From the human T2T-CHM13v2.0 reference genome, Homo sapiens, in NCBI RefSeq assembly GCF_009914755.1, contig NC_060927.1: a stretch of DNA of 64,000 bases; one strand, written 5' to 3'. How positions within the stretch are numbered: the stretch's first letter is position 1; every line of letters starts with the position of its first letter. A model generated the notes under the pieces. That model was not told the origin of the DNA. It saw only the letters and a list, made by a program, of their open reading frames with translations, and did no database searches. The translations under genes and the position numbers were made by a program. Below are positions 1 through 14,089 of the stretch, in pieces.

Positions 1-148
1 GAGTAGCTGGGACCACAGGCATGCTGCCACAAAGCCTGACTCATTTTTAATTTCTTTATAGAGGCAAGGGTCTCACTATGTTGTCCAGGCTGGTCTCGAA
101 GTCCTGGGATCAAGTGATCCTTTCAGCTTGATCTCCCGAAATACTGGG
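1..148 (-). mobile_element. Alu fragment (AluJ-like), cut by window edge
   Basis: Antisense Alu motifs gagtagctgggaccacaggc and tctcactatgttgtccaggctggtctcgaa; heavily diverged. Confidence 0.85.
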
Positions 149-149
149 T

Positions 150-349
150 GTTGCTCTGTTGCCCAGGCTGGAGTGGCACGATCTCAGCTCACTGCAACCT
201 CCACCTCCCAGTTACAGGCAATTCTTAAACCACAGCCTCCAGAGTAGCTGGGATTACAGGTGCATGCCATCACATCAGGCTAATTTTTGGTATTTTTAGT
301 AAAGCTGGCGCGACCAGGCTGGTCTAGAACTCCTGACCACAAATGATCT
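150..349 (-). mobile_element. Alu fragment (AluS/J-like), no tail
   Basis: tgctctgttgcccaggctggagt...gctgggattacagg...gtatttttagt...ccaggctggtctagaactcctgac. Confidence 0.85.
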
Positions 350-1910
350 AAGCTTTCACCTTTACAAACCAAGGACAAACAATCAATTTAAGCCTTAGGA
401 AAGCAAAAGAAAAGATATCATGAAATAGAAGAAATCATAATTTGAAAACAGGTAAAGATAGTGAAAAGCTGGTTTTTGAATAAAAGCAGATGAAACTCTA
501 CCAAGGCAAATAAAAAAGTCACAAAATATCAATATCTATAGCATAAGTAAAAGATAGGTCATTACTGGTAACTCCATAAACATTATTATAATAATAAAGA
601 ACTACCCCAAACACATCTATGCCCTCAAATCAAATAACTTAGATGCAGTGGACTAATTTATTTGGAAGGCATGAAATACCAAAACTCACACAGGAGAACT
701 AGATTATTCACTATTTCTATATGTATTTTAAAGATTGTATCAGTCAATAATAACCTTCCATAAAGAAAGCACCCATTATCCCTCACCAAAAAGAAATACT
801 CATGCATAAATCTAACAAATATGTACAAACTCTATGTGAGGAAAACTACAAAACGTTGATGAAAGAAGTTCTAAAAGAACTAACTAAATGAAGAGATATT
901 TAATTTTAATGGATCAGAAGACTCAATATTGTCAATATGTCATTTCTTCCCAATGTGAACTAAAGACTCAATGCAATCTTAATAAAAATTTGTGGGTATT
1001 AAAAAACTGATTCTACAGTTTCACAGAGACACAAAAGACTCAGAATAGCCAACACAATATTGAAGAACAAAGTTGGAGGGCTGGCATTACCCAATTTCAG
1101 GACTTACTGTAAAGCTATAGTATTAAAGATAGCATAGTATTGGTGAAAAAAATGGAAAAATAGATTAATCAAACAAAATAGGGAGCTTGGAAATAGATGC
1201 ACATACATATAGTCAATTGATCTTTGACAAAGGAGCAAAGGCAATGCAATAAAGCAAAGATAGTCTTTTCAACAAATGGTGCTTAAACAACTGCACATTC
1301 ACATAAAAGAAAACTAGATTTTACCCCTGATTTTACCCCTTTAACAAAATTAACTCGAAATAGGTTATAGACCTACATGAAAACTATAAAACTCCTAGAA
1401 TATAGCATAGGAGAAAACATAGATGGCAATGACCCTGTTGATACAGTACCACAGTCATGATCCAATAAAAAACTAATTGATAAGCTGGACAACATTAAAT
1501 TTTAAAAAAAAGCTGTCATGTTAAATACACTGCAAAGGGAATAAAAGACAAGACACTGACTGGGAGAATACATTTGCAAAAGATATGTATAATAAAGTTT
1601 TGTTATTCAAAATATACAAAAAAACCAGTTAAAGCTCTACAATTAGAAAACAAACCACAAGATTAAAAACTGTGCCAAAATCCTGAACAGACATCTCTCT
1701 AAAAAAATTAGATGAATAAATAAACATATGAAAAGATGTACCATGTCTTATAATATCAAGGAAAAGCTAATTAAAACAACAATAATCACTTCACACACAT
1801 TAGTGTGGCCAAATTCTAGAACACTGACAGTACCAAATGCTGGTAAGAATGTAGAGCAACAGAAACTCTTATTTATTGCTGGTAGGAATGCAAAAAGGTA
1901 CAGCCATTTT
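345..1910 (+). mobile_element. Old L1M ORF2/3' remnant with internal deletions
   Basis: L1 ORF2 motifs gaagactcaatattgtc, gaatagccaacacaatattgaag, gtcttttcaacaaatggtgc, aacatatgaaaagatg; many stops; RT core missing near 775. Confidence 0.85.
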
Positions 1911-1979
1911 GAATTATTTTTGTACTCTGTACCAAATTTTCTGTTTTGTACTATTTTGTACCTTGCACAAGTGTACTAC

Positions 1980-3592
1980 TGATACCAGTGGCAGCCAGTC
2001 TGGAGTGACCACTGCCATCATGTCAGCCACAGAGGGGAGATGAGGCTGGAGCTGCACACTCCACAGAGCCAGTGGGAGCTGTTAACAGTGGGATCCCTGA
2101 CCCTTCTGAGTTGGTGGTGCAGGAGCTGCCCTGTACAGCTGCAGCCACCCAAGTTGTGGCTGCAGACCAGGGCCTCTCACTTCATGGAGCAGACAGGAGC
2201 CCCAGTACCCTACTGCAGGCACAGATGCAGCTGCCCAAACTATGGCTGCAGACCAAGGGCATCCCTGCACTCATGGGGGCCCAGGAAGGCCCCCCTCTGT
2301 CCTTGCAGGCTTGGAAGTACCTGCTCCCACTGCCTGGCATCTCCCTGCTGTCAGCACCCACTCCAATCTCGGAGCAAAGTCATGGCCAAGCCTGAGCACT
2401 GTCACAGCCCAGCCAAGTGTGCAAACTCTTGGGGAAGTGTTGAGATGCCAGCTCCCTGCCACTTCAGCCCCCTTCTGGACTTTGGGTGCCAGCGAGCATA
2501 GGAAGGAAGCCAGGAAGGGCCTGAAGGCTGGGGGCTGGGCTGCCACTTCCAAGGACTGGAGTGGGAACTTGTGGTGCCTTTTCTGGGCCTGTCCATGGCT
2601 ACCCATGGACCAATCAGCATGCACTTTTTCCTCTCTGAGGCCCATAAAAGCCCCAGGCTCAATCAGATTTGAGCAGACATCTGGACAACCAGTTACAAAG
2701 AGGAGCTACCCACTTCAGGGCCTCCTCTCTGCTAAGAACTGCAGAAGTCAGGAGGACCAGTAGCAGAGAGTAACTACCCAACCCAGGACCTCTTATCTGC
2801 CAAGAGCCACAGAGACGACGGGAAGACCTGCCTGTAGAGAGTAGCTACTTGCTACAGGGCCTCCTCTCTGCTGAAAGCTCAACACTTGACTTGACCACCT
2901 GCCTGCAGAGTGGACCTACCCACTCCAGGGCCTCCTCTGAGCTATTTTGTCACTCAACAAAGCTCCTATTTACCTTGCTCACCCTCTACTTGTCTGTGGA
3001 CCTCATTCTTCCGGGGTGCAGGAAAAGAACTCAGACCTGCCAAATGGCAGGGCTGAAAGAGCTGTAACACAAACAGGGCTGAAACACACCCCTTGCTCGC
3101 CATGTTGTCAGTGAAGTAGAGAGAAGAGCTTCAGCCCCTTGGGGATCCCAGACCTGGGAATTCCCCAAGCCAGGGCTGTAACTCCCTCTTTGGGGCCCTG
3201 CAGTTCCTGGAGTCTCCAAGCTTCCAGGTGCCACTGCATTCCTCATTGGTGAAAACTGCTTACGGTGCACCTGGTCTGGCAGCAGCCTTGCAGAGAGGAG
3301 CATCTGTGCCAGCATATGGAGCTGCCCACCCCTCTGCAGCAGCCCTTGTGCCTGACTATGCACAATGCCTGGACCCCATGCTCACCTGTTTACACACTCC
3401 TAATGACTCTACGCCTGGTATGCCCTTGGCAGGCATGGGATCCAGGCTGGTAGCATGAGCCAAGTGCATCCTGCCAGGCCGAGTGGGTGAAATGAGCCCA
3501 GTGGACCTGGGCAAAACTCAGGCAATGGCGCTACTGGTCACAGAGGTTTCTGGCTAGAAATGGAAACGCAACACCCTAAGGATCTTGAAACA
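1980..3592 (+). mobile_element. Solo LTR, MER52 family (ERV1)
   Basis: TG...CA termini, GC-rich 1.6 kb block, end acaccctaaggatcttgaaaca resembles MER52; 4-bp TSD ctac (1976-1979) / ctat (3593-3596). Confidence 0.8.
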
Positions 3593-3599
3593 CTATTTT

Positions 3600-4425
3600 G
3601 TGCTTTGTATCAAAGGTGTTTCACACTTTCTTATAAAACTCTCCTAGAGAAATTCCATTATTATTTGTATCTTGACACTTGTGAGTCTGCTGGTAGAATG
3701 TGGGAAGAGGAAGCATTTTTTGATGCTTTGATTAAGCATCTCTCTTGAGTAGGCATCATGTAGCTAGATCATGAGGGAGTGACCTCAACATTCCTGCCAC
3801 TCATCTTGCATGTGTACATGTTCCTGTGGTAGGTGCTTTTTTTTTTCTTTTTTTTTTTCTATCCCTCAGCTGCAACAGAGTTTTCCTGTGCTCTAAGCGA
3901 GAAAGAATTCATTGATCCCTCACCTTTGAACTAATGGTATTTCCCCAATAAGGAAAACAGGGGAGAAAGCCCTGGGCAAAGATTTGTGCCTCCCTGTAGT
4001 GGCCGTTCCAGCCCTCAAACATGAATAATGTTTTCTCAAGATCCGAACCAATTTGATTTGTGAGAACTGCATGAAAGCTCTGGAGAAAAAACCTAAAATG
4101 TGTTGCTATATCTTTGATCACCAAACTATTTGCCACATACAGTTTCCATTAATTTTTTACTTCTGTGGCTAAATTTTTAACTGATATCTGGCTTTGTATT
4201 TCTACGTGAGCAAACACTTTTTTCTTGACTCTTCTAATAGATTACTTATCTCTCTTTAGATGTCAGACTAATTTATTGCTCTGTTAACTCAGCTCTCTCC
4301 TGTCTTCAAGGAGTCATGAATTTGCAGATTTTCTGTTTTATTTATTGTTTTCTTTTTGGTTATTGTAGTGACGGAAGTGATGCTTGTTTTATGTCTCTAC
4401 ATTGTTACATAAAAACCAGAGTTCC
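3600..4425 (-). mobile_element. Ancient L1M (L1MD/L1MC-type) 5' end, antisense
   Basis: 4310-4425 resembles the antisense L1MD/MC 5' terminus (gtgacggaagtga...ctctacat...aaaccagagttcc); the rest is weakly similar. Confidence 0.5.
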
Positions 4426-4539
4426 ATAATTTATCTTATTCTTTCACAATATGTATTTACTTTTAAGGACATTTTGTTGACAGTAACTTCAAAATATATT
4501 AACTGTCAAAGTACTTCTTACCAGGTATAACGTTGCAAT

Positions 4540-7500
4540 CAGATTCTACCAGTATCATCTCTAGTTTATCATTATATAATGATAAAAGAATCAATTGGCA
4601 AGAAGATATAACAATTATAAATATATATGTACCAAAGACCAGAGCACACAGAAATATAAAGGTAATAGTGCTGGAGATAAAGAGAAAAATAGATCCCAAT
4701 ATGTAAAAAGTTAGGAAATTCAACACCGTACTTTCAACACTGGATGGATGATCTAGACAGAAAATCCACAAAAAAAAAAAAAACTTCAGACATAATCTGC
4801 ACTGTAGAAAAAATTGATCTAACAGACATTTACAGAACATTTTATCTAATAGCTGCAGAATAAAAATTTTTCTCATCAGCACATGGAACATTCTGCAAAA
4901 TAGACCATATGTTAGGCCACAAGACAAGTCCCAACACATTTTTTAAAATTGAAATTATATCAAGTATGTTCTTAAACCACAATGGAATAAAAGAAGAAAT
5001 CAATAACAAGAGGTAATATAGAAACTGTACAAATACATGGAAATTAAGCAACATGCTCCTGAATGACCAATGGGTCAATAAGAAAAAATAATAGAGAAAT
5101 TTAAAAAAAATCTTGAACCAATTGAAAATGAAAACACAACATAGTAAAACCTGTGACTGATAGGGTACAACCCATGTTATTTGGGTGATGGATTCCCTAA
5201 AAGCCCTGACTACACTGCTACATAATCTAAGAATGTAACAAAATTGAACGTGTGTATTATACATTTATACAAAAATATATACTACTGCCAAAATAATGCT
5301 AACAGGAAGGTTTATAGCAATAAATGCCTACTGTGCAAACTAGAAAAAATTCCAGTGAATAACCTAACAAAGTAACTGAAGGAACTAGAAAATAAGAACA
5401 AACCAAACACAAAATTAGTAGAAGAACATACATATAATAAGGATCAGAGCAAAATTAAACAAAATAGAGACTAAAAATTTATATAAAGTAAGTGAAAAGT
5501 TGATTGTTCAAAAAGATAAACAAAATCAGTATACTGCTAGCTAGGCTAGCCAAGAAAAATAGTGAAGACCCAAATGAATAAAACCAGAAATTAAAAAAGA
5601 GATAATACAACTGATATCACAAAAATACAAAGATAATCAGAGACTCCTATGAACAACTATAAGCTAACAAACTGACAAGTCTAGAAAAGTGGATAAATTC
5701 GTGGATAAACACAACCTCCTAAGATTGAACCAAAGAAATAGAAAATCTGAATAGACCAATAAAAAGTAACGATACTGAGTCAGTATGAAAAGTTTCCTAA
5801 AAAAGAAAAGCCCAGGACTGAACTGCTTTATGATTGAATTCTGCCAAACTTGTAAAGAATAACCAACACCAATTCATCTCAAACTATTCCAGATGATTGA
5901 AGAAGGGGAATTTCTTTTCTGTCATTGTGTAAATCCAGAAGTATACTGATACCCAAACCAGAAAAAGACACAAGAAAAATTAAAATTACAGAGGAATATC
6001 CCTAATCAACATGGATGCAAAGTTTCTCAAAAAACACTAGAAAACCTAATCTAACAACACATCAAAAAGATAATACACCATGATCAGATGGAATTTATCT
6101 CAGGAATGCCAGGAAGGTTCAGCATATGCAAATGAATAAATATGATACATCACATCAACAGAATGAAGGAAAAATATGATTATCTCTATAGAAACAGATA
6201 AAACATTTGATAAAATTCAATATCCCCCTCATGATAAAAACTCCCAACAAATTAGGCATAAAAGGAACAAACTTACACTTAATGAAGGCCATATGTGACA
6301 AACCCACATTGTACTTAATGGGGAAAAGCTGAAAGCCCTTTCTCCATTATCTGCAAAAAGACAATGATGTCTAATTTCACCACTCTTACTCAGCATAGTG
6401 CTGGAAATCACAGCCAGAGCAATCAGACAAGAAAAAGAAAAAAAAAACATCCAAAATGGAAAAGAGAAGGTCAAATTGTCCCTCTTTGCAGTTGGCATTA
6501 TCATATATATAGAAAACCTAAGGACTCCCAGAAAAAATTTTAGAACTCAAAAACAAATTCGGTAAAATTACAGAATAAAACATCAATATACAAAAATTAG
6601 TGGTGGTTCTTTACACCAATATATACTTGCTGAAAAAAATAATCAAGAAATCATTTCAATTTATAGTAGCTACAAAATGTTAAAATACCTAAGATTGCAT
6701 GTAATCAAGAAGGTGAACAACCTCCACAGTGAAAACTAGAATACACAGATGAAAGATATTGAAGAGGTTGCAAACAAATGAACGGACAGCTCATGATCAT
6801 GGATCAGAAGAATTAATTGTTAAAATGACAATACTACTGACAGCAATCTCCAGATTCAAGGTAATCCTTATCAAAATACCCATGACATTCTTCACGGTAA
6901 TAAAAAGAATCCTAAAATTGGTGTGGGAACATGAAAGACCTTGAATAGCCAAAGTAAGCCAGAGCAAAACGAAAAAAGCTGGAAGCCTTACACTACTTGA
7001 ATTCAAAGTATATTACCAATCTATAGTAATCAAACATCACAGTTTTGATGTAAAAATGGGCACATAGGCCATTGGAACAGAAGAGAAAACCAGATGTAAA
7101 TCCACATATTTACAGCCAAATGATTTTTGACAAAATCAACAAAAACCTACATTGGAGAAAGGACATGCTCTTCAATAAATGGTGCTGAGAAAATGTATAT
7201 CCACATGCAGAAGAATGAAGTTAGACCTCTATTTCTTGGCATACACAAAAGTCAGCTAAAACAAATCAAGAATTTGGGCATAAGATCCAAAACTATAAAA
7301 TTAGTAAAAGAAAGCATAGGAGAAACCTTCCAGATCATCGTCTAGGGAAAGATTTTATAAATAAGACTTCAAAAGTACAGACAACAAAAATGAAAATAGA
7401 CAAATGGGACTATATTAAATTAAAAAGTTTCTGTACAGCAAAGAAAACATCAATAGAATGAAGGGACAACCTGAAGAATGGGATAGAATATTTGCTAACT

Positions 7501-8472
7501 ACTTGTATGACAAGGGAATTATATACAGAATATATATGGATCTCAGACAATACAAAAGCAAAAAACCAAATGATCTCATTAAAAATAGGGCAAAGGATAT
7601 GCATAGCCATTTCTCGGAAGACACACAAATGGCCAACAAGTATATAAAAATGCTCAATATTATTAATAATCAGAGAAATGCAAATTAAAACCACTAGCTA
7701 TCACCTCACCCCCCAGCTGGAATGGTTATTATCAGGAAGGCACAAAATATCAAATGCTGAAAAGGATGCAGCGATATAAATTAGTACAGCCATTATGGAA
7801 AACAGTATTCAGGTTTCTCAAAAAACAAAATATAGAACTTTCATACAATCCAGCAATCCCACTACTGGGCATTTATTCAAAGAAAAGGAAACTAGTATAT
7901 GGAAGTGATATCTATCTCCTCATGTTTACTGCAGCACTATTCACAATAGCCAAAATACAGTATCAACTTTTATTCATCAGTGAATGAATACAGAAAATTT
8001 GGTTTGTATGCACAATAGAATACTATTCAACCACAAAATATAAGACAATTCTGAATTTGTAGCAACATGAATGAAACTGGAGGTCATTGTGTTACCAATA
8101 AGTTAGGCACAAAAAGACAAATCCTGCATGTAAATGTTTTCCCTTATATGTGAAAGCTAAAAACATTTCTCTCACTAAGGTAGAGAGTAGAATGAGTTAC
8201 CAGAGACAGGGTAGGGCAGGAGGGATTAAAAGAGAGTGGTTAATGGATACAAAGACACAATTAGATGGAAGAAATGAGTTCTAGCATTTAGCAACACAGT
8301 AGGATAACAATAGTTAATAATTTATTACATTTCAAAATAACTAGATTTGACATGTTCCCTGCACAGAGAAATGGTAAATGTTTGTGGTGATGGTTATTCT
8401 AAATACCCTGTTAATCATTACACATTGTGTGTGTTCATCAGAGTATCAAGTGTATTCTATAAATATGTATAT
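4540..8472 (+). mobile_element. L1MA (approx. L1MA3-5) ORF2 from endonuclease to 3'UTR, degenerate
   Basis: Continuous L1 ORF2 motifs (atatatgtacc, ttcaacacc, tagaccatatgttaggccac, atggatgcaaa, atggggaaaagctgaaagc, caatcccactactggg) and an L1MA-type 3'UTR. Confidence 0.92.
5155..5280 (+). mobile_element. Short L1PB-type 3' end nested in the L1MA ORF2
   Basis: gggtacaa...tatttgggtgatgg...ctaaaagccctgact...gtaacaaaattg interrupts ORF2 between aaaacctgtg and ctgccaaaataatgctaa. Confidence 0.7.
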
Positions 8473-9035
8473 GATTTTCTTCTTATAATGTTTTTTGGTG
8501 TATCATTTTGTTGCATGTATCAATTATTAATTTGTTTTAATTGCTGAGTAGGATTACATTGTATTGACATATTGTTTTTCCAGCTGAAGGACATTTAGGT
8601 TGTTTAGGCAACTATGAATAATTCTATAAACATTTCATTAAAATTCTCTGTATGAATATATATTTTCAATTCTCTTGGGTGCATTACTGAGGGAAAAATT
8701 GTTGGTTTCATATGATGAATCTATACTTTCCAAATTGGCTGTAATGTTTTATATTCTTACTAGCAGTGTAAAAAGATTGGCGTTTCCCCTCAATATTGCC
8801 AATGCTTGGTATTAAGCCTTTGTATTTATAATCATTCTACTGGATACATAGTAATATTTCATTTTGATTTTTTTTGTATTTTCTTAGTGATGAATGATTT
8901 TGAGCATCATTTTAAAATTTCTGTACCATCCGTTTAGCTTATCTGATGAAGTGTTTACTAAAAGCTGTTTTACTTCTTTTTAAAAAATGAGTTGTTTCCT
9001 TATTATTGAGTATTAAGCATTTAAAAGTATTTAGA

Positions 9036-9422
<387 letters not shown>

Positions 9423-10901
9423 TTATGAATAATGCCACCATGAACCTTCATGTGCAAGTTTTTGTGTAGATATATTTTCATTTTTCCTGGCTGTATGCCT
9501 AGGAACAGAATTACTGGGTCTTGTGGTAACTCTGTTTTATATTTATATATAGATACAAGTCTTTTATAAACATAAATATGCAATTTGAATATGTGTACTC
9601 ACTGTCACTTAAGTGGAAGCTTCTAATTTCAATAAAGTATAATTCATCATTTTTAAAATTTATGCTTTTATCAATAAATTTTTTATTTTATATGGGATCA
9701 TTGTTAAGAAAGCTCCTAATTTAGTTCACAAAAACTTCTACTATTTCTTTTCATTTTTGTTTTTTCAGATTTATTTTTTTAGATTTTGTATTTACATCTA
9801 TGATTCATATTTAAATTAATTATTGTTTAAAATTTGAGGTGAAGAAACTAGGTTAATTTTTTGTATTTTTTGCATATAAAAATCCAAATGTTCCAACATA
9901 TTGCCTAGGAAAGACTTCCATATCATTGAATAGCCTTAGTGCCTCTGTCCAAAATCAGTTATTTCTTGAATCTATTCTGCTCTTTTATCTATTATCTATC
10001 TTTATCCCAAATATACACTATTTTTTGTTGCTATAGCTTTATATTAAATTTTGAAATCAGATAGTATAAATCGTACATCTTTATACTTATTTTTAAATGG
10101 AGTTTCCTATTCTAGATCCTTTGCATTTCCAAGTAAAATTTAGGATAAATTTGTTATTTTTTATTATTAGTCTCCTAAAAATTTGATAGAATTTCTTATA
10201 AATAAAGTTGAGAATATCTTAATAATTTGATGTCATTCAATAGGTCTTCTTTAACATATCTCAGCTGTATTTTGGTGTTTAAAATGTAGAGATTTTTTAC
10301 TACTTTATTAAATTTATATTTAAGTATTTTTAATGCTATTGCATTAAAATAATTTTACCAATTTAGTTATCAGATTGATTTTTGCTAGTACATACAAATA
10401 CAATTTTTTTAATATTGATCTTGCAGCCTATGACGTTACTCAACTTGCTTATTTTTTCAAGTAAGATTTGTATGTGTGTGTTTCTTAGAGTTTGTTGCTT
10501 TTGAAAACTTTTTGATCTAGAAAAAGAACTCAGGTAGTTGTATTTATTTTAAACCAATATAGATGCATCTTATTTTCTTTTCTTGCCTTATTGCCTTGGC
10601 TAGATCCCAAAGCATAATGTTGAGCAGATAAAGTAACATCAAACAAACTTGCCTTCTTCAAAATCTTAGTTAATAGTATTCAGTCTTTTACCATTAATTG
10701 TGATTTTTACCTGTAGATTCTCTGGACTTTATTTTTTAATCAAAACATAGATATTCCAATTTAATTCCTAGCTTTTGATTGTTCTTTTAACCAAGAATGG
10801 GTGTTGGATTTTGTCAAATCCCTTTTTGTTGTAACTGTTGAAATACTCCCATGTTTCCCCAATTATACTTTCATATCATATAAATTGCAGATAAAATCTA
10901 A

Positions 10902-11032
10902 CTGTCATCAGCAGCCTGTAAGATGGCCTCCAAGGCCTACTTTCTGGTATTATGACCTTTTGTGATTTCTTTCTTTTGAATATAAGCTGGACCTAGTGAT
11001 TCACTACTAAAGAAATAGAATATAGCAGAAAG
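10902..11032 (+). mobile_element. MaLR LTR 5' fragment (MLT1E/F-like)
   Basis: gcagcctgtaagatggcctccaa...ctggtatt...gctggacctagtgattcac...aatagaatatagcagaaag. Confidence 0.65.
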
Positions 11033-11740
11033 AAGGAGAACTGAAGGGAAGCAACAAATTTGTAAAAGGGCATGAATAATAAGACAGACAGACAAGGACT
11101 TTGTGGAATGAATTAAGTAGAGATGATTAAAGGAGTTTTGAGAAATATTGCTGTGATAAGTTGCTAAGAGTGGACAAAAAGCAAGTAGAGCAGAGCAGAA
11201 CAAGTCAATGAGGTCAGTAATATCCAGATTTCATATGTTATGAATGCCATTTTATTCTATATGCATATGAGTGTTCATAAATGTATAAATGTACAAACAT
11301 TCTTTTGCACAGCTTTAATGAATTCATCCTACTACCTTCACTGAAATTCCACAGGAAACTTGAGAAATATCAAGATAAAAATCAGTTCCTTTTTGGGAGT
11401 TATATTGTAATAGGGGTAAAACCAGATATTATTCAACACCAGAATAAACACTCTCAGTAGCATAACAATAATATAAAGTATTCTATGCAAATTTTGAAGA
11501 ATTAACACTTTAAAGGTGAAGGTGATTTTTATGGGAAATGTACTTAATAATCAATAGCATTCAAGTTTGGCTTTGAAACAGTGATGAAAATGTGGATCCT
11601 TAAATATGAGAATAAAGGCTTGTAAGTATAAGTGAAATATGAGGACAGAAAATAATGGATGTTTCTGGCAAAGAAATGGCATCCTTTGGATGAAATACTG
11701 GATGAATGGAAGAGAGCTATAAGTGATAAAATTAGAAAAA

Positions 11741-11845
11741 TTAATGGGTGCAGCACACCAACATGGCACAGGTGTACATATGTAACAAACCTACATGTTA
11801 TGCACATGTACCCTAGAACTTAAAGTATAATTAAAAAAAAGAAAA
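11741..11845 (+). mobile_element. ~100-bp L1PA 3' terminus with A tail
   Basis: ttaatgggtgcagcacaccaacatggcac...gtaccctagaacttaaagtataa plus A tail; possible TSD agaaaaa. Confidence 0.9.
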
Positions 11846-12729
11846 ACTGTGAGAACTAAAATTTTGAGGGTCAGTTTACCAAATAAGTGTGTATATTTGC
11901 ACACACATGTAGCAAAAGCTAGTGATATACAATTGCTGAACTGTTGAAGACGAGTGATAGATTAATATTAGCCATCATTAATACTTAAGCACCTGCTTCA
12001 TGATGTCTCTAACATGACTTTATAAACATAAAAAACTTAACTAAAAATCACAAAGAGGGATATCCTAGAGTAATCTTTAGCTATAACTACTGTGCCACCA
12101 TCCATCTTAACCCATGGAATCTCTACTATAACTTGTAAGCCTCCTTCACTTGAAACTACAGTGACGAATTCATTCAATTTACATAAAATTCTGATGAATA
12201 GTTAGGGACTACCTAAATTATGATGAGAATAATTTTGACATCAATTCTACATATATAAGGAAATAATCCTAAATCGATATATAAGACTACTATGAGTACA
12301 GAAATTAGCAACACAACTAGTGCAGATAAGTGGTTGCTTGCCCTGAAATAGAAACACTGGAATCTGGCCAGTCCTTTACAGGTAATAGGATAGTGGTGGC
12401 TCTCCTTTATGAGAAGTAAAGATGGCATTTATGTTCCAGTTTAGTTACATAAAATAGACAATATAGCTTGTAGTTAGATATCAGATGTCACACCTGTAGG
12501 ACATTTTCAAATTGATAATTTGTAACCAGTAGGAGTGGATATATATTATTTTAAAATACCATGGGTTTCCCATAATCTGTGAAGGTGGCTAAGTAGCAAG
12601 CACACACTTGGTTCTGAGGGTATTTACCATGACATTAGCTGATATTCCATCATCTTTACTAGTGATCTTATTTGACTGCCTTGGCAAGATAATGGGCAAA
12701 ACAACAAATAAGAAATTTTCCATTTTGTT

Positions 12730-14088
12730 ATTTTTTAAATTTTATTTTCAATCAACACATCATAATTTTATATATTTATGAAGTAAAGTTTGATGATTCA
12801 ATACATGCATGTGTTGTATAAAAATCAAATCATGTATTTAGCATAACCATCACCTCATGCATTTATGATTTCTTTGTGGTAAGAACATTAAAGGTCCTTT
12901 TCTTTTGTAGCCTCTAGTAATCACCACTCTATTCTCTAATTCTGTGAGATTAGCTTGTTTATATTTCACATTTGAATTAGATCATGAAGCTTTTGTCTTT
13001 CTATGCCTCGTCTCTGTAACTTCGCATAATGTCCTCTAGGCTTATCCATGTTGCCCAAAATGACAATATCTTACTATTTTTTATGGCTGAATTGTATTCC
13101 AGAAATCGTGGTATAACTACCACAATTTCTGTGTCCATTCATCAATTGATGGACACTTACGTTGATTCTATATCTTAGCTATTGTGAATAATGCTGCAAT
13201 AAATGAGGTGTAGATATGTCTTCTACATACTGATTTTATTTTCTTTGGATATATACTAAATAGTAGAATTGCTGGATCATTGGGAGTTCTATTTTTAATT
13301 TTTTGAGAAATGTCTATACTATTTTCCATAGTGGCTGTACTAGTAACATTCTCATCAACAGTGTATAAGAGTTCCCTTTTTTCTTTATTCTCAACAACGT
13401 TTATTATTTTTATTTTTTTGTCTTCTTGATAATAGTCATTTTAATTAGGGTAAAATGATACCTCACTGTGGTTTTGATTTACATTTCCTTGGTGATTAGT
13501 GATGGTCAGCATCTCTTCATATACCTGTTGGCCATTTGTATTTTCTTTTGTTAATTGTCTATTCATGTCATTTGCCCATTTTTTAATTAGTTTTTTTCTC
13601 GTTCTGTAGGTTGCCTGTTCACTCTATTGATTGTTTTGTTTGCTATGCAGAAACTTTTTAGTTTAATATAGTTCTATTTGACCATTTTACTTTTGTTGCT
13701 TGTGCCTTTGGGACCCTATCTAAAAAAGTTTTTGCCTAGTCTAATGTCATGAAGTATATTTCTTCAATTTTATTTTGGTAGTTTCAGAGTTTTAGGTCTT
13801 ACATCTAAACTTTTACCTATTTTGAGTTGACTTTTGTCTATGGTGAGAGATAGGAGTCTAGCTTTAGTCTTCCGAATGCGGCAACCCAAGCACCCTTTAT
13901 TGAAGAGACTGTCCTTTCTCTATTGTGCGTTCTTGGTTCCTTTCTTTATTCTGTTCCATTGGTCTGTGTCTATATTCATGCCTATACCATGCTGCTTTGG
14001 TTAGTACAGCTCTGTTGCATATTTTAAAGTCACGTAGTATGATGCCTTCATCTTTGTTTTTGCTTAAGATTGTTTTGGTTATTTGGGG
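12730..14088 (-). mobile_element. L1MA 3' part, antisense (3' arm of a 5'-inverted insertion)
   Basis: Antisense L1MA 3'UTR then ORF2 C-terminus (gatggacactta, ttgctggatca, ttattgaagagactgtcctt). Confidence 0.88.
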
Positions 14089-14089
14089 T

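Noticed and set aside
2040-3458. Cluster of overlapping ORFs up to 173 aa
   Set aside because: All lie in the GC-rich MER52 LTR where stop codons are scarce; no recognisable domain; ORFs on both strands.
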